A stretch of 29,649 nt of DNA from an uncultured Mycoplasmataceae bacterium. Lineage in GTDB: Bacteria > Bacillota_I > Bacilli_A > Mycoplasmatales > Mycoplasmoidaceae. Under the pieces are notes generated by a model. That model made no database searches, was not told the DNA's origin, and saw nothing but the letters and a program-made list of their open reading frames with translations. Positions 11,470 to 21,636 of this stretch are shown here, piece after piece. The translations under genes and the position numbers were made by a program. The stretch spans positions 1-29,649 of the forward strand of contig CAMWQH010000001.1 of assembly GCA_947176435.1 (NCBI GenBank). The letters are read 5' to 3'. The first letter of the stretch is position 1, and each line of letters begins with the position of its first letter.

Positions 11470-12036
11470 AAACTTATGATATTTTAAATAATATTAGATT
11501 AAAAAGTTATTCTAACTTCCCAAGAATATAAAAAATCAATTGTCGGACTTAAAACTAGTTTGAAAAAAATAATTTTATGGTATACACATTATGATTGGTT
11601 ATTTTCTTGCAAAAAAGCAGTATTGAAAATGTCAACAAATTTATAAAAAAATTTCAAAATAAACAAATTTTACAAAAACATCTCGGCATAAAATAAAAGA
11701 GGGTATAGATTAAATAAACAATTTATAAAACCCGAGTTGCACTATAAATCATCAATTGAACTATATAATAGTCTCTATCAAACTAAGTTACTGGGAAGTT
11801 TGGTTTTGACTTAGTATTATTAAAAAGTCAATAGTTGTGCTAAAAAAATAGTTTGAAGAAGAATAACTTTAAAGAGATTTAGACTATGAAAATTTATTAG
11901 TCAATAATAAATAAAGTCATAGATTAAATTAATAATCTATGAAACTTGAATTAATATATAAATTATTTGTGAACTATAACAATGTCTCTATCAAGCTAAG
12001 TTTCTAATAACTTTAGTTTAGACTTAGCATAATAAT
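11470..12036. repeat. Three degenerate tandem ~212-nt non-coding units with conserved hairpins (candidate structured RNA)
   Basis: TAGATTAAA at 11495, 11706 and 11920; GTCTCTATCAA at 11771 and 11984; CTAAGTT...GACTTAG hairpin at 11782-11815 and 11995-12028; no meaningful ORF found. Confidence 0.7.
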
Positions 12037-14904
12037 CTAATTTGGTAAAATACAGTCTAATAATGCTTGAGCTGCAAATTGGAATACAGACATTACTGTA
12101 ATAATAACAGGGTATTTATATTCAGCTATTTTAGTTGAATTGTTTAATGCCTTATGAGCATTATATTCTAACCTTTTTTCTCCCAAGTGAAGTTCAGCAT
12201 ACCTTCTTCCAGCATTGTTTGTAAGATGTTGTATTTGAAAATCATATGTTTCGACAAGATCTGTATATCCTTTAGCTAGACTTTTTGCTTTACATACTTG
12301 AATACCATTGATTCATGCAGCAAATTGGTCTTGCTCTGCAATACCAGCTTCATATGCTTTATCAAAAGAAAGTCTGTTAAATGCTGGCACACAATAAGCT
12401 ACTGATGTTAAAATTAACAACGGGAAAGATATTCCCAAAAGAGCATATGATGCGATTTGCAATTTCGATAAAGAATCTTCATCATCTTTTGAAGTATCAA
12501 CATCTTGATATAGAGTGTTGTGAATTTCATCGAATTTATCTTTTCCTACAACATTTTCAATTTCATCTTTATTTTCACTAATGTAAGTTTCAAGAAGAGA
12601 TTTTGTTAAAATTCTAGTTTCTAAAGAAAGTTTATGAACATTTTGCCCAGCTTTAACTTTTGCATCATATTGTGCATGAGAATCATTTAATGTTTTAATA
12701 TCTTTTTCTAAGTTTTTGAAATTATTAACAATTGTAGATTTAAATGAAGAATATTTATTTTCAATTGTTGAATTTTTCTTCATATTCTTGTAATTTTTAT
12801 ATGATTTATGAAAATCAATACCAGACAAAATAACTTCAGAACCTAATGTAGCAAGGTAAACACTACCAATTACTATATTAGCAATAGCATCAGAATCGGC
12901 TCCAAGTGATGCAACAACTCTACAACTATATACAACCATCATTGCACCTACACTAGCACCTAATGCTGAAGAAGCTGAAAGAAATCCAATACATTTATCA
13001 AGATTTTTTCCAATTTCATCAATTTTAGAAGTATCTCCACTAGATGAATTTTGATTTAATGAAGCCATAATTTGGATGTATTCAGAATAGTTAGAAATAA
13101 ATAGAGCTTCTGTTCTTCCTAAGTCAATTGTTTGTTGAATAACTTGGTCAATATCAAATTGCACTTCTAATGAAGCTAATTCAATATTATTTCAATGTCA
13201 AGGAATATCTTTAACCACATAGAAATCATTGTTTGTTGTTTCATTAGATTCAATGCCACTATCGATTAATGCTCAATGAACTGATAATGTGTTAGTATTT
13301 GTATTTACATCACTAGCAATTAATGCAAGCTTTTGATTTGTGTGAAAGCTAGTTGAAAGTAATTCTTCAATATTTGAAGGAATAGGGATACCTTCATAAG
13401 CAGCAGCATCTAAAATTACTGGATTTTTAGATAAATCATAGTCTTGATCTTTAGAACCTTTGTAATTGTTAAGAATTTCGTTAATTTTTGTTCTAGATAA
13501 AGCTGAGTCTTTAAAGAAAACGCCATTTTCATCAGGAACAACATCATTTGATAGCTCTGTAAAAGAAATTTTTTCATTTAGAGTGGCAGTAGAATCTGAT
13601 AATTTATCATTTAAATATTTGTTGTTAGTAATATTATTAACTAAATCAAAAGAATTTACTTTACATGAAAAAACATTCATTGATTCAACATTAGTTCCAT
13701 CTAAATTCTGTCATAAAATTTCAGTACTATCTGTTTTACTAATTCCAAAAACAAATTTTAGATTTGCAACATGAGAATCAACTGAATTTTCAACATCAAG
13801 AAGCTTAACATGTAATTGGTAGCCAGGGAAAATTTCATTTTTCTCATAAGGAACATAACCAACAAAACTATCAAGTGGAGCTTCATAGAAAGCTCTATTA
13901 ATAGTGTTTTTATCATAGTCTCCTGTTTCTTTAGCTTCTGGAATATCATGATCAATTGATATTTGGTCAAAATCACAACCTCTAGCTAAATTGTATTTAT
14001 AGTTAAATAGTGCAGTAACATCATCACTTGTTAAAATGCTACCAACTTCTAAACCTTCATTATTTAATGAATAATCTTTTAGCAAAGATAAACCTTCTTC
14101 ACGAATTGATAATAATTGTGATGAATTGTTTGTGAATCAAGTAAGAACTGTTTCTAATTCAGCATCTTTATCATTTTTTTGCTTTTCATCAACATTGATT
14201 TTATTATTTTTTAAATAATTTAATGTTAAATTTTCGTTAGTTTGAAATTCATTAAGAAGTAATGAATATGTAACATCATCATACAAGGACTCATTAGCTG
14301 CATCAAGAGTATCAAGAATATCACTTTTATATTGAGTTGCTTGTTCAATAGCAACATCTTTATCAACACCGGCATTAATTAAATCTATTTCATATTTGGC
14401 AGCCATTGTTGGTATGTCATATTGAAACCTATCATAGTCTATTACATCTACCCCAAATTCTGCAGCTTGAGAATTAACATATGAATAAACGTTGTTTAAT
14501 GAATCTTGAGTTAATTGGCCATCAGCTGGTAGATTGTTGCTAGCTAATTCTTCAGTAATTTTATTAGAAATGTTTTTCTCCATTAATCCAATAGTAGTAT
14601 CAACAGTAGTTTTATCTAAACCAACCGCATACAAAGTATATTGAGTTTTATCTTCAATAGCAGCGATTCTGTGATTCAACTGGTCTTGGGTTACGTCTGT
14701 GTCATCACTCATAGATCTAACAGCATCTAAAGATGAATACTTAGAATTGATTATTTGACCATCAGATAAAGAATATTTTTTACTAACTTCTTTAATATTA
14801 TTTTTTTGATAATTTGAAACCTGGCACGAGCACAATGATAAAGTAGGAAGCAATGCCATTCCTGTTAATAATATTTTTTTATTTTTCATCATAATTTTCA
14901 TCAT
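12037..14904 (-). CDS. Large uncharacterised lipoprotein (~955 aa) with C-terminal hydrophobic helices
   Basis: ORFs 14137..14904, 13711..14085, 13273..13680 and 12313..13164 are in one frame, joined by TGA, ending at TAG 12037-12039. Signal peptide with lipobox LCSC; start could be 14889-14904. Confidence 0.85.
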
Positions 14905-14950
14905 AATTTATTAATATATTATATTTGATTATATCAAAATATTTTTAATA

Positions 14951-17641
14951 TTACACATTGTATTTTATTTTTCAATCTTCACTTGTTGCAGTTGAAACTG
15001 GATAGAAAGAGTCTCTGTGATCGTTAGATTCATACATAAAATCCATATATCTAAATCCCATAGTGATTGGATTTGGGCAATCTATAAGATTACCAGATTG
15101 ATCCATTCATCCATAGTGAAGTTGGTATGCTCCATCAGAATTTTTTTGAGCATAAAATGCGAATGCATTAAAGAAAGAGTCATTATTACCATTTCTATTG
15201 TCGCCAGACAAAATATTCATAGTTGTTTTTCATTGACTACATTTAATATCATAATGTGGTGCTTTACCAGGGATAACTAATTGATTTGCATTAGTTAATG
15301 TTAGTGTTGTGTTGATTGCTGATAAAGGAATAGATTCTACACCAAAAATACTAACTGATGCTTCATAATTACCTTCTAATCAACCAGAAACATCCCTAAC
15401 AAGATCATTGGATAGTCAATATGATAAAGGTTGGGATTTCAATGCTTCCGGATGACCTTTTTGATTAATTCATCAATCTAATTTTTCAGTTGTGTAGTTA
15501 AAATTAAGGAATAATTTTTTAATATCTCATTGAGCTGTTACAGGTCATCCATTAATTAAAGCTCCGCCTCCACCTTTTCATTCACCAATAGGTCAATCCT
15601 GAGTATCATATTGATGACGTGAAGGAAGAACAGACATTGAATATTCTACAAATTGATCTTCTGAAGGAATGTTCTTGTAATTAAATTGTGAATAAAACTT
15701 TTCAGGATAATTAATCCCAGCGTAAAATATTGAAAAATCATTACTTATCGGTGAATCTGTAAGTGTTGTAGGGATAATTGAAGAAGAATAACCACTAGGG
15801 CCAACAAATTTAAAAGATATATTTATTAAATCGCCATAAATTCATGGAACAGAATCGGTTGATGAACAGATATCAGATTCTGATAAATCTCATTTTGTTG
15901 AAGAAGAAATTGAAATTGAATCAATTAAAGATTGATTTTCAGAGTCAATTCTATTAAAAACAAAATCAAATTGTGGTTCTTTATGTTTGTTTGGATATTT
16001 GTTTTCCCAAAAGTTTTTGTCAAGTGCACATGGATTTAATCAAGAAAGATTGTAAGGAGTTGAAGTTGTTGTAAGTTTTATGCAACCATTTGGATCAGAG
16101 TATTCAGAAAAATTCAATCATTGACTCTTATCACCAATGGTTAGTTCTTCCCCTGTAAAACTATACATATGAATATCATTCATTAATAATTCAAAACATT
16201 CATCGTTATTTGAGTTATTTCTCGTAAAATATGAACAATATGATTTATTTATAGAAGTTTCCCCGTCTTTATCAAATTGATATTTTTTTCAAGTTTTATT
16301 TCTATTATTGTCAATAGTGATATAAGCAACATTAGGGAAACAAAAATCAGTAATCTCACTATTCATCTCAATTTTTTTATTATTGGTAAATTGTTTAGAA
16401 TATGAAGCTTGATTAGCAATATTTGTCATTCCGATAATTTTTAAAGGTTCACCAGTAGAAGTTACAATTTCATAGTGTCCAGGAGTAGTATCGGTAGATG
16501 GTTCTTTAGGAACTGGGAAATATTTTACATATAAATCTGTTGTATTTAATAAATCATTTTCAAAATCTAAAGAAATAGAAGAATCAAATGAAAAATTATC
16601 AAATGTTTGTTTTTGGGAAAGAATTTTAACTTTTTCACCTTTTTTTGGAATAGAAACATTTTTTAAATCAAATGAATATTGATAGTGTTGTGCAGTATCA
16701 AAATCAGGGACAGCAAAAGTTCCATTATGACCATGAAAATTAACAGTAATTTTTGATGTTAAATTGGCAATCTTATGATCTTTTTTTGTTAAAAATGATA
16801 AAGTTGGTTCTTTAGAAAACGCGCCTTTGTTTATTAATGTTTCTAATGAAAGTTGCTTTCCTTTAGCTAATTTAAATAATCTATTAAATTGGTCAATACC
16901 ATTAGTTTTAAAAGTAATAACAGGGAAGGCATCATTATCAAAAAAAGCAGTATCAAATGATCCACCAGTTATAGAATATTGCGTACGACTACCTTTACCA
17001 ACAAAAGCATTTTGTGTGGTTTCATTTATTTTAAATGTTGATTGATTGTCAAAAGGTAAGTTAAAAGCTTTGTCCTCGTCTATTAGTGGGAAAATTGGAT
17101 CAACAAAATATGCTGCAGGAGTAAAACCAGTGTATGGATCTGGTGTTGGCTTTGGAGCAACACCGGTTGCTATAAATTTTAATGTCAAACTAGTGGTGTT
17201 TGTGTACAAATCAGTTACAGATATTGCCAAAAAATCAAGTTTAATGTTAGCAAATTGACCAGCTAAAATATCAAAATATGAAATTCTATCAAAATCAATA
17301 TCGAAACTTAAAGCATATCCCTTGGATGAAATCTCTAAACAAATACTAGTTAAATCAATACATGAAGCAAAATTTGCATTTCCATTTTCATACTGTGCAT
17401 TAGTAATTTTAAATGTGTCAGCATTAGAGTCTAATGTTCCGTTAGATAATTGAGATGAACCACTACCTAAATCTACATTTACACTATCAGCAGAATATGT
17501 AACTTTAAATGGAGAAGGAATCCCTAAACCAATTAAATTTGTTTCATTGGTTGTTAATGATGAATTAAATGCTAATCCTGGCAAGAGAAAAGATGCAACA
17601 GTAGTTAACAGTAGAATTCTTCTTTTTTTCATATTTATCAT
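14951..17641 (-). CDS. Large uncharacterised secreted/surface protein (~896 aa)
   Basis: ORF 16289..17641 continues through many TGA codons to TAA 14951-14953 (translated by hand). N-terminal MKKRRILLLTTVASFLLPGLAF signal-like segment without a lipobox. Confidence 0.82.
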
Positions 17642-17682
17642 ATATTATATAATAATTTTAAAATCAATAGTAAATTTCCCAG

Positions 17683-19003
17683 TGTAGGTAACACTAACTT
17701 TTGGCACCACCTAAACAAGGTTATTATAGTTATGAAAATATAATATTGATTTAATAGGTGTCATAAACTTGTTTTCTTTACTAATTTCATCTAATTCTGT
17801 GTAATGTAATAATCTATCATTGTTGTAATAATTTATTCATTTGTCAAATGTTAATTTGATTTCGTCTAAACTTATGCATTTTCTTAATAACTTTCCAAGT
17901 TCTTGATCAATTGTTCGATGGTATCTTTCAATGCAGCCATTGCATTCAGGTTGTTGATAAGGAATGAAAATATGAATTATTCTTCTATCATTACATCATT
18001 TATTGAATTGATTTGATTTAACAAAATTTGTATTCTTAAATTGCATAGCATTATCTGTTTGAATTCTTTTAATTTTGATATTATTTTTTGAGAAGAAATC
18101 ATACATTTCGTCTAAACATTTCATTAATTCGGTGTTAGTTTGATTATCCAATACTTTTAAATGAACTAATCTTGAGCTAGTGTCAATTGCATCAAATATT
18201 GCAACTTTCTTGTTTAAACCTGTTTCTTTCAAACCAAGAATTTTAAGATCTAATTGGATATTTCCTAATTCTTTAGGTTTTCTTCTAAACAAATGTGGTC
18301 TTGATAACTTTTTGTTTTTATTCATAAGTTTTCTACTATCTTCATTGAGAATTTTTATTAGAGTTGTGTGAGAAATATTCTCAAATTTTTTATCCAATTT
18401 TCTTATTGCTAATCATAGATTAGTTTTGTTTAATAAGCAATTAACATTGAGGAAATTTTCGTAGAAAATCACTGATTTGTCGCCGTTCTTTATCATTGTA
18501 TTTGTAAGTTATTGTTTTTGGTATAGGAGTTTTTGGCAAATGTAAATTAAACTCAATTGTTCTTTTGTCACATAGCTTACACAGTTTATATTTTTTCCTA
18601 AAGAAATGTCTTTTTGAAATTGGAGTTGTTTTTCAATTTTTCTGATAGTATTTTTTAATACTTATATTTTTATTGATGCAAAAGTTTAAGACATATAAAA
18701 CATTCTTAAAGTTTTGTTTAAATCTGATATATCTGTTGTATAAAGCCTATCAGCTCTATTACTTATTCCATAAGTGTTTAAATTACTTGTAATTTGAATA
18801 AACTCTTTTTCAAAACGAAAATAAACAGCATTTATTGCTTCAAATTGGATATGGATTGGTCTTTTATTGGTTGGTGTATATAATCATTTGGTACGCCTCT
18901 GGTTTAGGTGTACTACGGAGTCAAAGTTCTAGCTTATGACTCTTTTTTTTAGTAGCGGGAATTATTATATTTTCCCCGGTGCCAAAAGATTATGTATCTA
19001 ACA
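17683..19003 (-). mobile_element. IS481-like insertion sequence (~1321 bp), decayed
   Basis: 26-bp imperfect terminal inverted repeats TGTAGGTAACACTAACTTTTGGCACC (17683-17708) and revcomp TGTTAGATACATAATCTTTTGGCACC (18978-19003); TGT...ACA ends; internal DDE transposase; no clean target-site duplication. Confidence 0.8.
17711..18888 (-). pseudogene. Frameshifted DDE (rve) transposase
   Basis: C-terminal frame carries GNIQLDLK (D), IDTSSR, IQTDNA (D) and QPECNGCIERYHRT (E), ending at TAG 17711-17713. The upstream HTH-like part is in another frame (shift near 18450), and no single frame reaches a start codon, so the 5' boundary is uncertain. Confidence 0.75.
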
Positions 19004-19041
19004 CAATGGTGTTTTTTATTAAAAAAATCTATTGTTTAAAC

Positions 19042-19047
19042 TATAAT
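19042..19047 (+). promoter_or_regulatory. -10 box of ffs
   Basis: TATAAT ending 6 nt before the predicted SRP RNA 5' end. Confidence 0.6.
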
Positions 19048-19052
19048 ATTTA

Positions 19053-19132
19053 TGTCCTTGCAACGTTAGTTGCGAACCTAGTCAGGCCGGAAACGGAGCA
19101 GCTATAAGCTTATGCTAACGTGTGTAAGGACA
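19053..19132 (+). ncRNA. ffs: Signal recognition particle RNA (small 4.5S type)
   Basis: Conserved domain IV GTCAGGCCGGAAACGGAGCAGC; long stem TGTCCTTGCA-ACGTTAGT / GCTAACGT-GTGTAAGGACA. Confidence 0.92.
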
Positions 19133-19250
19133 CTATTTTATATTTTCTAGATTTTTGCATTTATATACAATCTGTTTATTATTAAATAATATTCATATTA
19201 AGTACCCTCTTTCTTAAAATACAAAACGCAAAAATTAAAAAATATAAAAG

Positions 19251-19280
19251 AAAAAGGCTGAGTCAAATCAGTCTTTTTTT
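19251..19280 (+). terminator. Intrinsic terminator downstream of ffs
   Basis: GGCTGA-gtcaaa-TCAGTC hairpin followed by a T-run. Confidence 0.6.
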
Positions 19281-19302
19281 GTTTTTAAAACAATTAATAA
19301 AT

Positions 19303-19332
19303 AAAAAAGATCGATTTAAACCGACCTTTTTT
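19303..19332 (-). terminator. Intrinsic terminator downstream of rnpB
   Basis: Minus-strand GGTCGG-tttaaa-TCGATC hairpin (G-U pairs) plus U-run. Confidence 0.6.
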
Positions 19333-19343
19333 ATTTAGTTATT

Positions 19344-19694
19344 TACAAGTTGTAAGCCATGTTCTGTGTCATTATTTACATAATGATATTGATCATTTAT
19401 CTACACATATGTGCCAAATCATTGATTCAGTTATCTTTGACTTGTTCCCCTACCAAATTTGGGTTTCTTGCTTATGGAGTTTACCGCGTTTCACTTTTAT
19501 AGTTTCCTATAAACTCGTCTCTGTGGCACTTTAGGCTATTACTATCTTATACCGATACTTAGATAATTTTAGCGTCATCACTCTAACTATAGGGTGTTGG
19601 AATTTATCATTCCACATAAACATTTACAAGCATCGCAGCTTGTGCAAGCATGGACTTTCCTCTACATTATTAATGCAGCGATCAATTACTTGTA
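19344..19694 (-). ncRNA. rnpB: RNase P RNA (B type)
   Basis: Minus strand shows GAGGAAAGTCCATGCT, AAAGTGCCACAGAGACGAG, GTGAAACGCGGTAAACTCC, GAAACCCAAAT and ACAGAACATGGCTTAC; terminal P1 TACAAGT/ACTTGTA. Confidence 0.95.
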
Positions 19695-19732
19695 GGACAA
19701 ATTATATAACAAAACCGGTTTTTTAAATATTA

Positions 19733-21628
19733 TTATTTATTCTTACAATCGTAGAATGTATTAATGATTTTAATTGTCTCAACTAATTCTTCTTTATTTA
19801 CATAACAAGATTGGATTCTTGTTTTTGTTCTGTCTGATTTTAATAACATAAATCCATCACCATTACCAAATAGGTTCAAAGCTTTAGGGGAATTTAAAAA
19901 TAATTTAGAAACATTTTCGTCTGAAGTTTTAAAAACAAAATAAGAAGAAATATTTTTTTGAAAATCTTCATTTCATAAGTATGAATCAATTGATTGTGCA
20001 TATAGTATTACTTTTATACCGCACATTTTTGCATCCCTTGATAAAAGTTCTTTTAAAATAGCGATATTATTTGGTGTTTCATTTAAGAATTGATCAATAT
20101 CAAATAAAACAACTAATACTTTATTAATTTTATTTTCTTGATTTTTCTTGTTATATGTGTCAACATCTGAACAATGTGATTTAGATATTATTTTTTGTCT
20201 CAATTTTAATTCATCAAGTAATGAAGTTAGACATTTGTTTGTTTCAGATTGTGAAGAAGTTGGGGAACTTATTAAATGATCTAATCCAGAAAATGATTCA
20301 AATATCTTTTCCTCATGACAAGAACATAAAAGAACTTTTAAATCTTTTGGTGAATTTAAATAAACGTGAGAAAGAATTAATGAAGAAACTTGCATAATAG
20401 CACCACTCCCCTGTTTACCAACAATTAATGTTGACGGACTAGTTTTAAAGTTATAAGTCACGTTTATTTGACTATATGTTGATCCGACTGCAGCTATATT
20501 TTTAGTTAGTTTCTTCTCGGATGCTAATATATTTTTTATAGAAATTTTAGATGGTTGTTTATTTAAAACTTCAATAGTGATTTTTGCTCCTTTAACTGCA
20601 AAGTTAATTTGGTCTGTATTAAATATTTCAAGTAATTCTTTTTTTAGATGAATTAACTTATTGATTTGTTCTTCGTCTGTAAATTTATAAATATATTCAC
20701 AATACAACGGCATAACATTTGAAGTTGCAAAAGCTAGACCAATGTTGTTTTTTTGAATAAAGCTATTTAAATCTTTTATTACCTTTGCAGATTTTTCAAT
20801 ATTTTTATGATAGTTATCTACTCCTGTGTCTGTTAAGAAAGAAAGAGGTGGCGTATCTTGTAATTCGTTCATTGCTTCCATCTTAATCGAATTCAAATCA
20901 AATATATTAATCTTTTTATCTTTCTTGGTTCCATTAAGTTCATCTTCTGGATTTTTTTTGTCTAGATAAACGCCACCCAATTTTTGAACAATTGATTTCT
21001 TAATTTTATTTAAAAACTTTATATCTTTAACTCCAAATAAAATTGCAACTGCAGCAACAAGTAAAATTGCTTCAAAGATAAACAATGTTGATCATTGCAT
21101 GATAAATGATAAACTTACAAAAAATTCTCCAATCAACCCACCTGTAATGTTTGGATTGATAAACTCAGAAAACCACATTTTAAATGAGTTTGCCTTGATA
21201 TATTGTCCATATAATGTGTGATATTTTATTAACGGGTCAATAAAATTTTCATTAATTCCTTGTGTAACATGATTATTAGCTAATCATGAAGTAGCAGAAG
21301 TCATAATGAAAATAAACAAAAATAACAATAGCTCAAAAATTCAAATATTATGTTTAAAAAATATCTTAAGAATACTTTTATTAAACAATTTAACTATTAG
21401 CATTACATATATAAAAAAATAGACAAAATATTTTGATACTCCAAATAAGTATTCAAAAAATATTGCATCCAAATAACAACCTGTAAATGGTAACCTAATT
21501 AAAGATATTGTTAATAAAATTAACAACATACAACAAGTAAAAATTCTGGAAGTTTTTCTAGCTTTATTGTAATTTGCTACAATTCTATTATTTACTTCAG
21601 AAATATCTTGAGTAGCTTTAGTATCCAT
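19733..21628 (-). CDS. ftsK: FtsK/SpoIIIE-family membrane protein (631 aa) with degenerate ATPase motifs and no gamma domain
   Basis: ORFs 21341..21628 and 19973..21085 join through TGA, ending at TAA 19733-19735. N-terminal TM helices with GGLIG; C-terminal half is collinear with the FtsK motor domain (LIVGKQGSG, DHL, KNISSYFVF, LFGNGDG, RIQSCYV). Confidence 0.7.
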
Positions 21629-21636
21629 ATATACAA

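Noticed and set aside
11530-12030. Known riboswitch matches (purine GTTTCTA / GTCCGAC fragments, T-box AGAGA, PRPP/ykkC)
   Set aside because: Only isolated short words match; the required P2/P3 pairing, the T-box UGGNACC bulge and the ykkC core are absent.
11470-12036. CRISPR array or type III toxin-antitoxin repeat interpretation of the tandem units
   Set aside because: The period (~212 nt) is far too long, similarity extends over ~130 nt rather than a short repeat plus spacer, and there is no cas or toxin gene in the window.
18716-18722. TTTAAAC slippery heptamer (minus strand) as a programmed -1 frameshift in the transposase
   Set aside because: It would join two frames, but IS481-type elements are normally single-ORF and another frameshift (~18450) remains, so decay is the simpler explanation.
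19133-19343. Possible extra small gene between ffs and rnpB
   Set aside because: No credible ORF, promoter or tRNA fold; the two terminator hairpins explain the structure.
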